Of a stretch of 14,638 nucleotides of DNA, positions 1 to 7,236 are shown piece by piece; within the stretch, counting starts at the first letter, position 1, and each line of letters starts with the position of its first letter. The notes below the pieces were generated by a model. The model had not been told where the DNA came from. It ran no database searches and worked only from the letters and a program-made list of their open reading frames with translations. The DNA is from Desulfuromonas sp. SDB. Lineage in GTDB: Bacteria; SDB-A. The stretch is from the NCBI GenBank assembly GCA_001412365.1, contig LKUE01000328.1, positions 1 through 14,638 on the forward strand, read 5' to 3'. The position numbers and the translations under genes were made by a program.

Positions 1-4
1 AAAA

Positions 5-29
5 CCCGAGTATGCACTCGGGTTTTTTT
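5..29. terminator. Bidirectional rho-independent terminator: 7-bp stem CCCGAGT/ACTCGGG, 4-nt loop, flanked by AAAA upstream and TTTTTTT downstream
   Basis: Seen directly. A GC-rich perfect stem at 5..11 and 16..22 is followed by a T-run at 23..29 and preceded by an A-run at 1..4. It can therefore terminate the minus-strand gene ending at 48 and a plus-strand gene lying upstream of the window. Confidence 0.6.
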
Positions 30-47
30 ATTTAAAATTTAATATTC

Positions 48-1091
48 TTATTCAGGAGGCCATAAATTTAAAAGATGCTTGTTCTCTCCCGGATCAAGCC
101 ACATCACCGGTAAACCCTCCGGATCAAAGGTGATCAGACAATACTTGGGAGGAGCTATGTACAGAGCAATATCTCCAGGATTTCCTCTTTGCTGAGCTAA
201 CCAGGAGCTGTCCGAATCATCTTCCTTGACCAAATAGGAAGGTTTAAAGCTACCCTGGGGATATTCGTAATATGAAATCATGACATAGGGTTTTTCCACT
301 TCCACACTATCCCGGGGTACTTCTCTTCTCCTGCGCACTTCAGGTTCGGGGGGATTAGGCCATATAAATTTAATTTCAACAGAACCCAGGTTTGAGAAAT
401 TTTGGGGAAGCTCGGGAATATTACTGACTAAATATTCAGCAATGGTAGCATTGAACAACCATCCTGAAAACTCAGCTTGATCTTCGGGAGGTACTGTATC
501 CACATAAAGCAAGGTTGAATTTTCAGTCATGGAAAATTCAAGGTTGGGAGTTTTTTCACCACTTTCCCAAGCAGAATAAGTAATCTTATGTATAGAGGGA
601 TCGTAGGAGATAATTACTGAATCATCCAAAACCCCGGGAATACCTTCTAATCCCGCTTGTTCCCAAAGCTGGGCAATTTCAGGATCAGGTTTGTACATCC
701 ACTGACCTGCATCGGTGGTATCCCAGTAAAGTTCCACTGGATATCTACTCTCCACCAATGAAGATTCCGCAACAAAAACATTAAGATTTGCTTGACCTTC
801 ATTATAAGGATTTATCAGTGCTCCTTTAATGTTATTGGTGACATCTTCTAAACTGGTGGGATAGGTTATATCATAACTCCAGCTATGCCTGACCGGATCC
901 CAGTTCACTGTAGAATGTTGGAAAATATATCTTTCTATGCCTGCTCGAGCTGTATAAAGATTGGTCCTGGCTCTGCGAAACTTTAACTCTTCTTTCATCT
1001 CCTGTTGCTGGGGTAAAATTATTATAGCTACTAATACAATAGCCATCACTATAATTAAAATATCCAGCAGAACCCTCACAGTTTTACTCAT
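48..1091 (-). CDS. Hypothetical membrane-anchored protein (N-terminal signal anchor / uncleaved TM helix followed by a ~320-aa extracytoplasmic domain)
   Basis: The ORF-track start at 1130 is rejected in favour of the ATG at 1089..1091 (MSKTVRV...). That ATG is preceded by a perfect SD GGAGGAGAA (reverse complement of 1092..1100). A hydrophobic stretch LLDILIIVMAIVLVAIIIL follows directly after the start. No recognisable catalytic motif was found. Confidence 0.7.
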   Translation of the reverse strand: MSKTVRVLLDILIIVMAIVLVAIIILPQQQEMKEELKFRRARTNLYTARAGIERYIFQHSTVNWDPVRHSWSYDITYPTSLEDVTNNIKGALINPYNEGQANLNVFVAESSLVESRYPVELYWDTTDAGQWMYKPDPEIAQLWEQAGLEGIPGVLDDSVIISYDPSIHKITYSAWESGEKTPNLEFSMTENSTLLYVDTVPPEDQAEFSGWLFNATIAEYLVSNIPELPQNFSNLGSVEIKFIWPNPPEPEVRRRREVPRDSVEVEKPYVMISYYEYPQGSFKPSYLVKEDDSDSSWLAQQRGNPGDIALYIAPPKYCLITFDPEGLPVMWLDPGENKHLLNLWPPE

Positions 1092-1191
1092 TTCTCCTCC
1101 TAATCTCCCTTTCAGTAAACATAAATTCAATTAAAATTTGTAATAAATTTTATATATTATTTTATATTTTATCTCCAGTCAAATTAATAGT

Positions 1192-3594
1192 TCATTCTAC
1201 AAAATTGATCGGAATTACGGTTTGAGACTGAACCGGTGTTCCATTTTCGGTGGCGGGATTGAATTTTGCACCCATTGCTGCTCCCCGGGCTTCATTATCC
1301 GCAAGCGGATTTCCCGAAGATCCTACCACTTCTGCAGAAATTACTGATCCATCTGACCCTATAGTAACCCGGACAAAAGCCCTGGTTATACCCATTCCCT
1401 GAGCTGCATCGGGAACTCGAGCCTGGGGTAAACTGATGGGGGTGGGATTGGTCCTCACCACTTCTTGAGAAGTAGTGGCTACTGTATCCGGAGTTGTTGC
1501 CACTGTATCCTCCGGAGTTTCTTCTCCTACTGTTCCTCCATTGGAAGGTCCAGTAGTTACTTCCACCGGAGTTTCTTCAGTAATAGTTCCTTCAGAGGTA
1601 ACTTCGGCAGTAGTTTCTCCTCCTTCGATAACTGTTTCCGTTCCGGTTCCTACTGCTTCTTCCAACAGGGCACCGGTGGCGGCAAGCTCAATAGGCAGCT
1701 CGGTAGTATCTCCCGCTTCTTCTGCAACTTCCAGGGTTTCCGGCTCTACTTCGGGCAAGGAGTCAACAATAGTATCCACCGCTAACGTGTCTGCTTCTGC
1801 TACTACCAGAGTTTCTTCAACTACCGGCGTTTCCTCCTCCACTACCGCCACTGCAGTAGTGGGAACTCCGGTACCGGAATAATATATCTCCTGAAGGTTA
1901 AATGAAGCCAATCTGGTTTCTACCGGTTCACCTGCATAATTGATGTCAATAGCATTTAACTCCGAAGGAACAAATAGTAGAGTAAACGGCTGTTCATTAA
2001 GTAATATATTCTGCATTTCATCCCAGGCTTTTTTAGCTTCTCTGCGGTCCAGAGTAGCGGTAGCATTGATAAGGGAATCTATCTGATCTGATGAAAATGA
2101 AGCTAGATTCAACTTACCTCCGGTACCAAATACCTCTTTGGGGTGAACAGACTGCTCACCGACCAAAGCGTAGTCTAAAATATACCCGGAATATTCTGCC
2201 GTTTCTAATTTCTCCTGCACCACTCTAAGATCGGGAACTACCATGGTGGAACAGACAATTCCAATCTCCTCAAGCTGTTGACCTATCCGGTTAAGCACCA
2301 GCGCTCCAGAGCTGTTTAAGGCAACTAGTTTCAGAGTAATCACCTCTCCTTCATACATCCGGGCAAATATTGAATCGGAAGGAACGGTGTCCAATGCCAA
2401 CCTGCCCCTGGGTCTGGCTTCCAAAGTTTCCACTTTCCAGGCAGTGTAAAGCCATTTTCTGTCTTTCAATCCCAGAGAATCTAAAAGACTGTTAGCTAAA
2501 GATAAATCGTATTGGGGAGGATTTAGAGATGAATCATAAGCCCAAAACTCAGGGGAAAGCGGGGTAGCCGGTATCCTGCCTTCTCCCCTCAACAATTCCT
2601 CCACCAGTTGTTCTTTGTCAATAGCTAAACTTAAAGCATACCTAAATCTGGCATTACCCAACAAATCATCATTGGTAGCCCATCCGATTGAATAATATCT
2701 TCTGCCGGCATCATTTAGCTGGACATTAACATGCTCAAAATCAGCTAATATATCTGCATATGATGAAAATACTCCTAAAGCCAGGTCAATATTTTGATAT
2801 CTCAATGCTTCAACCATATCCCGGGAAGAACTGAATGATTTAAAAATCAAAGTATCCAGAGGAGGTTGATTCCGGTAATATTCCGGATTAGAAGTGATAA
2901 CAATTTCGTCTCCATGATAATCAGGCACCCTCCAGATAAATGCTCTGCGGGTATCTAAAATGAAAGGTCCATTGGATACAGTTTTAGATGGATTCATTCC
3001 AAATCCACTCATCACCAATGAACTGACTGAATTTACATTTACCAATAAATGTTTGGGTAGTGGGTAAATGTCGCTATCAAATAATTCAGTGGAATAAGGT
3101 TCGGTGAAATTAACTTTCACCGTGTATTTATCCAAGACTTCCACCGATGAAATCATATCGAAAAATTTTCTGAAGGGAGACTCAATCTCAGGATTATTTA
3201 ATATAAAATCAAAAGTAAATTTAACATCTTCTGCGGTTACATCTTCCCCATCCGACCATTTTATGTCTTTTCTAAGGTAATATATAATCGCACTGAGATC
3301 CTCAGAAAACTCCCATCTCTGAGCTAAAACCGGCACTAATTGCCCATTTTCATCTCTTCTTATCAATGGTAAGAATAACTGCTCAGAAATTGGATTTTTA
3401 CCAGTAAACAGAGGATGAAGGGGAACAAATAAATCGGGGATATCAGTTCCGGTAACCCCGATGATCATAGTTCCTCCCTGCTCGCCCTGAATTGGTTCCA
3501 CTTTGGAAGTGGTACAACTGCTGGCGCTTATAACAACCAGCAACAGTCCCAAGATAAATAATCTAAATTTTGAGTACTTTAGTACAGCATACAT
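1192..3594 (-). CDS. Lipoprotein with family-5 solute-binding domain (OppA/DppA-like, SBP_bac_5) fused through an acidic Thr/Glu/Val/Pro-rich linker to a C-terminal TonB_C domain
   Basis: There is a signal peptide with a probable lipobox (...VVISASS|C). The SBP_bac_5 signature region reads RWEFSEDLSAIIYYLRKDIKWSDGEDVTAEDVKFTFD. A low-complexity linker spans roughly aa 565-715. The C-terminal ~85 aa read FVRVTIGSDGSVISAEVVGSSGNPLADNEARGAAMGAKFNPATENGTPVQSQTVIPINF, which matches the TonB C-terminal consensus (G.V.v.f.I..dG.V....V..SSG...LD.aA..A.....F.P....G.PV......PI.F). A GAGGTGG SD lies upstream of the ATG at 3592..3594. Confidence 0.85.
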   Translation of the reverse strand: MYAVLKYSKFRLFILGLLLVVISASSCTTSKVEPIQGEQGGTMIIGVTGTDIPDLFVPLHPLFTGKNPISEQLFLPLIRRDENGQLVPVLAQRWEFSEDLSAIIYYLRKDIKWSDGEDVTAEDVKFTFDFILNNPEIESPFRKFFDMISSVEVLDKYTVKVNFTEPYSTELFDSDIYPLPKHLLVNVNSVSSLVMSGFGMNPSKTVSNGPFILDTRRAFIWRVPDYHGDEIVITSNPEYYRNQPPLDTLIFKSFSSSRDMVEALRYQNIDLALGVFSSYADILADFEHVNVQLNDAGRRYYSIGWATNDDLLGNARFRYALSLAIDKEQLVEELLRGEGRIPATPLSPEFWAYDSSLNPPQYDLSLANSLLDSLGLKDRKWLYTAWKVETLEARPRGRLALDTVPSDSIFARMYEGEVITLKLVALNSSGALVLNRIGQQLEEIGIVCSTMVVPDLRVVQEKLETAEYSGYILDYALVGEQSVHPKEVFGTGGKLNLASFSSDQIDSLINATATLDRREAKKAWDEMQNILLNEQPFTLLFVPSELNAIDINYAGEPVETRLASFNLQEIYYSGTGVPTTAVAVVEEETPVVEETLVVAEADTLAVDTIVDSLPEVEPETLEVAEEAGDTTELPIELAATGALLEEAVGTGTETVIEGGETTAEVTSEGTITEETPVEVTTGPSNGGTVGEETPEDTVATTPDTVATTSQEVVRTNPTPISLPQARVPDAAQGMGITRAFVRVTIGSDGSVISAEVVGSSGNPLADNEARGAAMGAKFNPATENGTPVQSQTVIPINFVE
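1452..1902 (-). repeat. Imperfectly repetitive low-complexity coding segment (Thr/Glu/Val/Ala/Pro-rich linker of the 800-aa protein)
   Basis: Degenerate repeated DNA words such as ccactgtatcc-ggagtt and ctactgtatccggagtt are visible. The translation is a T/E/V/P-rich acidic linker, and the shadow ORFs on the opposite strand are typical of low-complexity DNA. Confidence 0.55.
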
Positions 3595-3678
3595 CTTACC
3601 ACCTCACTATTTAATATTTTTTAAATAAATAAGGATCAGTTCATCTTTAATTAAATAGCTCATATTAATGATTCCATC

Positions 3679-3906
3679 CTATTTATCTTGCTTGGTTTCC
3701 CCTTTGTACTTATCCCCATATTTCTTCATAAATCTTTCTACCCGTCCAGCGGTATCCACAAACTTCTGTTTACCCGTAAAATAGGGGTGGCATGCAGAAC
3801 AAATTTCAACGGAAAAAGAGGGACGGGTTGAGTAAGTATCAATGACATTTCCACATGCACAAGTAATTTTACATGGCTGGTATTCAGGATGAATTCCTTT
3901 TTTCAC
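3679..3906 (-). CDS. rpmE: 50S ribosomal protein L31, zinc-binding type (Cys16, Cys18, Cys36, Cys39)
   Basis: MKKGIHPEY...C.C...[22 protein letters not shown] is a near-textbook L31 sequence. The gene has a GTG start, with SD AGGAGGAAAA immediately upstream (reverse complement of 3907..3916). Confidence 0.92.
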   Translation of the reverse strand: MKKGIHPEYQPCKITCACGNVIDTYSTRPSFSVEICSACHPYFTGKQKFVDTAGRVERFMKKYGDKYKGETKQDK

Positions 3907-4082
3907 TTTTCCTCCTTACAACTATATTACCTCTAAAATTATAAAATAATTCCAAAAATTTATAATTTCAGCTTAATTTTGTTTTTCAATTTCCTACTGA
4001 CAATTTAAATTTATTATATAACCTTCTTTAATAAAACCAAAATTTTTTCTGATTTTAAGTGGTCAAATGATTTATTGAAAAA

Positions 4083-5657
4083 TCAATTGCTCATTGAGGA
4101 GAGGAACTCTTCATTATTTTTAGTTTTGCCTAATTCTCTCTTAATCGTTTCCATTGCTTCCACCGGAGTCATGTCGCTGAGAAATTTTCTTAATACCCAC
4201 ACTCTATTTAATTCTTTTTCCGAAAGTAATAATTCTTCTCTTCTCGTACTTGATTTATTTACATCAATAGCCGGAAAAATTCTCCGGTCAGCCAGTTTTC
4301 GATCCAGAACTATTTCCATATTACCAGTACCTTTGAACTCTTCAAAAATCACTTCATCCATTCTGCTTCCAGTTTCAATTAAAGCGGTGGCTAATATAGT
4401 TAAACTCCCTCCTTCTTCAACATTTCGGGCTGCTCCAAAAAATCTCTTGGGTTTGTGCAAAGCCAGGGAATCTACTCCTCCCGACAACGTTTTTCCGGAA
4501 TGGGGTATCACTGCATTATGAGCTCTGGCTAAACGGGTAATGGAATCCAGTAAAATTACCACATCTTTTTTCATTTCAACCAATCTTCTCGCTTTTTCCA
4601 GAACAATGTGGGCAACCTGAGTATGGTGATCAGCTGGTTCATCAAAGGTTGAGCTTATCACTTCAGCGTTAACCGATCTCTGCATGTCGGTCACTTCTTC
4701 AGGTCTTTCGTCAATCAGCAAAACAATGAGAATACATTCAGGATGATTAGCGGTAATTGAATTGGCAATTTTTTGAAGGATAATGGTCTTTCCGGCTTTA
4801 GGAGGAGAAACAATTAAACCTCTTTGCCCTTTTCCAAGGGGAGCAAGTAAATCAATAATTCTCATGGAAATATCATTTTTGTCATCTCTTTCCAATTTCA
4901 GCCTTTCACTGGGATACAAGGGAGTGGAGTCATTAAACGCCAATCTTTTTTTGACAATTTCCGGTTCCTGTTCATTAACTGAAACAATGGAAACCAGGGC
5001 ATCATTTTTCTCATTAGATTTTGGAGGTCTGGCATAACCACAAACTGTATCCCCAATTTTCAAGCGATGTTTATCAATTAGGGAACGGGTGACATAAACA
5101 TCGTAAGGGCTGAGAGTGTAATTGTACTTAGGATATCTTATAAAACCATAACCATTGACAACGTCCAGAACTCCGGTGATCTTTCTGAGCACTTCTTTTT
5201 TCTTGGGAACCATTACTTTGGCTTGCTTTTCTTCAAATTCCATAGATTCAGTTTTCACCGGGGCAGGTTTCTCCGGAGAGGGGTCACTGCTGTCCTGAAT
5301 CGGTTTTTCCATTTCAGTTTGAACCGGGTCAGTGCTTTCAAACTTATCAGTTTCCTCTTGATTGGTGGGCATTTCGCTATCCGCGGATACCTCTGTTTCA
5401 GATTTATGGTTGTCTGATTCCTTATCTTGTTGATCAACAGCTTTATCTGTTTCTGATTGATCTACTTGATCATCTGGTTCGGTTTGGGCAGATGATTTTG
5501 TTGAATTTTTACCCCTGGTTTTACGAGTTGTTTTAGTTGCGGTTTTTTTCACTGAGTTTTTTTTATTTTTTTTATTATCTGCATTTACCGAAGATTCTTC
5601 TGAATTTTCTGTTAGTTCATCTTGTTCTAAAATAACATCCTTATCTACATTTTCCAT
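4083..5657 (-). CDS. rho: Transcription termination factor Rho with ~150-aa disordered acidic/Lys-rich N-terminal extension
   Basis: The OB-fold RNA-binding region reads [14 protein letters not shown]...[27 protein letters not shown]. Walker A is [17 protein letters not shown], and the C-terminal half ([17 protein letters not shown]...[11 protein letters not shown]...[45 protein letters not shown]) is collinear with E. coli Rho. The start is assigned to the ATG at 5655..5657 (MENVDK). The ORF-track GTG at 5667..5669 abuts the AGGAGA SD with zero spacing, so it is unlikely to be used. Confidence 0.93.
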   Translation of the reverse strand: MENVDKDVILEQDELTENSEESSVNADNKKNKKNSVKKTATKTTRKTRGKNSTKSSAQTEPDDQVDQSETDKAVDQQDKESDNHKSETEVSADSEMPTNQEETDKFESTDPVQTEMEKPIQDSSDPSPEKPAPVKTESMEFEEKQAKVMVPKKKEVLRKITGVLDVVNGYGFIRYPKYNYTLSPYDVYVTRSLIDKHRLKIGDTVCGYARPPKSNEKNDALVSIVSVNEQEPEIVKKRLAFNDSTPLYPSERLKLERDDKNDISMRIIDLLAPLGKGQRGLIVSPPKAGKTIILQKIANSITANHPECILIVLLIDERPEEVTDMQRSVNAEVISSTFDEPADHHTQVAHIVLEKARRLVEMKKDVVILLDSITRLARAHNAVIPHSGKTLSGGVDSLALHKPKRFFGAARNVEEGGSLTILATALIETGSRMDEVIFEEFKGTGNMEIVLDRKLADRRIFPAIDVNKSSTRREELLLSEKELNRVWVLRKFLSDMTPVEAMETIKRELGKTKNNEEFLSSMSN

Positions 5658-5830
5658 TGATTTTAGCACTCTCCTTTAAGGTTTAATGAATTGAAATCTC
5701 ATCTCTGGCCTTAGTTTTACATTTGCTGGGATTGGTTCCAGAAATTTTAAGTTTATATTCTACTTAATTAAGTTTATAAATCAACAGCAATTTGTCAATA
5801 GGTATTTAAATATTCCTGGTTAAATTTTAT
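5658..5830 (-). promoter_or_regulatory. Long 5' leader / promoter region of rho
   Basis: A ~170-nt non-coding gap lies upstream of rho with an SD at its 3' end. In characterised bacteria rho autoregulates through Rho-dependent attenuation in its own leader (established knowledge). No specific element was verified here. Confidence 0.35.
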
Positions 5831-6598
5831 CTAGTTAAAACTCTGTTCAATATCTTCAATAATTCTTTTTAACAGGCGGTTAATGGTTGATATCTCCGTA
5901 GAATAAACTGAATCTTTGTCCAGATCATTAGATAGTATTTGCCCATATTTTTTTATCTGCAGTAAAGATTCATAAAGATTTAATTTGCTGTTATTGATCG
6001 AACCTTGTTTTATTAATTTATAAATCAATTCCCCCGGCAACTTCCATTTAGAATCATAGGATTCGCATATATAGGTATCATCATCAATATTAATTTTTCC
6101 CTGTTTTATTTGACCTGGGTCAACATTTTGGGGAAAACCGGTTAGTTCCCCGCTAATTAGTACAGTTTTTTTATCCACATAAACCAGGGGATTCTTGCTT
6201 TCCGATTTTAACTTTTCTTTCCGAATTAAGTTGTAAAAAAACAGCATAGTGGAAAATGATTCCCAAAATATGACCTGGTTATAAAAATTTGCAGTGACAA
6301 TTAGAGCATCAATGTTTTTTTTGGAATTACCGCATAAATAGAAATGATAATTTCCTCTCTCCATAATGTAGATATTATCGCTGTAGTCACGAGTATATTG
6401 GCTTAGGTTACTGGTGGGTTCAATCTCAGCAGGCAATTGGTTAAATTCATTTTCAACCAAATATAATTTATCTCCAAAAGATCTTAAATACAGTCCGACT
6501 TTGTTTATCTGATTTTGATGCAATATATCCATTAAAGATTTGATAATAGTCTTATCAAATCTCCAGAACAATTTTCGCCATAGTTTTAAATCTTGCAT
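5831..6598 (-). CDS. Hypothetical cytoplasmic protein (255 aa), AT-rich, no recognisable domain
   Basis: A 768-nt ORF that stays open in very AT-rich sequence is unlikely to occur by chance. There is no signal peptide and no SD before either candidate ATG (M1 or M23). Composition is visibly lower in GC than the flanking rho gene and SPFH operon. Confidence 0.6.
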   Translation of the reverse strand: MQDLKLWRKLFWRFDKTIIKSLMDILHQNQINKVGLYLRSFGDKLYLVENEFNQLPAEIEPTSNLSQYTRDYSDNIYIMERGNYHFYLCGNSKKNIDALIVTANFYNQVIFWESFSTMLFFYNLIRKEKLKSESKNPLVYVDKKTVLISGELTGFPQNVDPGQIKQGKINIDDDTYICESYDSKWKLPGELIYKLIKQGSINNSKLNLYESLLQIKKYGQILSNDLDKDSVYSTEISTINRLLKRIIEDIEQSFN

Positions 6599-6711
6599 TA
6601 TTATTAATTTATAGTGATGTTATCAAAAGTTTTTACTTTATTTATCACTTATTTGCGTATATATTATTTTTGTTATTATCTATCAAACTGTCAAGAAAAA
6701 CAGGAGGCAAA
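6599..6711. promoter_or_regulatory. Divergent intergenic/promoter region with inverted repeat AGTGAT-N25-ATCACT and direct TATCAAA repeats
   Basis: Seen directly: the sequence is ...tatAGTGATgttatcaaaagtttttactttatttATCACTtatttgcgtatatattatttttgttattatctatcaaactg... followed by AGGAGG at 6702..6707 and the ATG at 6712. A candidate -35/-10 pair is TTGCGT...TATTAT. It lies between minus-strand and plus-strand blocks that diverge from each other. Confidence 0.4.
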
Positions 6712-7236
6712 ATGGGAGATCTTGGAAATAAATTGAGAAATGCAGGAGATTGGCTGGCCAAGCATATCCCTGGCTTTGCAGGTTATGTAAAAAGAGAAGA
6801 ACGCCGGAGAGCGGATAAAATTTTCCGAGATTACCTAGTGGGAAAATTAAGGGATGCGAAATCCCGTCTCAGCAGAGCAACTGTAAAAATAACCGATTCC
6901 GGAGATTTAAATGCATTGAAAACTCTGTCCAGGGTTGAAGCAAAGTATGAAACCGTCACTGACCGGTTGAGATTAGCTGATTACGGCTACACCGGCTGGT
7001 TCGATACAGTTCAAATTGATTTTGATGAATTAGACAAACTTTATGAATTTGATGTTAATCTCACCATGTCCGTGGACCAGATCTGTAAAATTGCCCAGGA
7101 TATGGAAGCAGGCTCTTCTGAAGAAGCATCAAAATTAATCATGACCTTAAATCAAAGTTTGGATGAATTAGATAAAAAACTTAAACAAAGAGATAATCTA
7201 TTCATCCAGGAATTAAATTTCAACAGGAGTGAATAA
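6712..7236 (+). CDS. Hypothetical soluble, predicted alpha-helical protein (174 aa), translationally coupled to the downstream SPFH protein
   Basis: The start is assigned to the ATG at 6712 (MGDLGNK), which has AGGAGG 5 nt upstream. The ORF-track TTG extension 6670..6711 is rejected. Its stop overlaps the next start (TAATG at 7234..7238). The protein is rich in charged and coiled-coil-like residues. Confidence 0.75.
   Translation: MGDLGNKLRNAGDWLAKHIPGFAGYVKREERRRADKIFRDYLVGKLRDAKSRLSRATVKITDSGDLNALKTLSRVEAKYETVTDRLRLADYGYTGWFDTVQIDFDELDKLYEFDVNLTMSVDQICKIAQDMEAGSSEEASKLIMTLNQSLDELDKKLKQRDNLFIQELNFNRSE

Noticed and set aside
48-1091. Possibility that the 347-aa membrane protein is a type IV pilin/pseudopilin
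   Set aside because: It lacks the prepilin peptidase motif (G|F/M-T-L-I/L-E) preceding the hydrophobic helix. The resemblance is limited to a generic post-TM helix.
1092-1130. ORF-track N-terminal extensions (48..1130 start MNLCLL; 6670 TTG start; 13934 MATGRKK; rho GTG at 5669)
   Set aside because: In each case an internal ATG has a near-perfect AGGAGG-type SD at proper spacing and begins a signal peptide or conserved N-terminus. The extended starts have no SD or abut the SD with zero spacing.
1465-1882. Two plus-strand ORFs (106 and 135 aa) rich in Ser/Thr/Val/Cys/Phe inside the 800-aa gene
   Set aside because: They are antisense shadow ORFs of the low-complexity linker-coding segment. 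They lack an SD, are fully contained in a strongly supported minus-strand CDS, and their composition mirrors the repeat.
4075-5437. ORFs 4075..4521(+), 4783..5037(+), 5223..5417(+), 5255..5437(-) overlapping rho
   Set aside because: All lie inside the highly conserved rho CDS in other frames or on the other strand. They have no SD and no plausible products, so they are chance ORFs.
6712-7236. Possibility that the 174-aa partner of the SPFH protein is a PspA/IM30 homolog (by analogy with B. subtilis ydjF-ydjI)
   Set aside because: By eye there is no convincing alignment to PspA. It is shorter, and the heptad pattern is not continuous. It is left as an unknown family pending profile searches.
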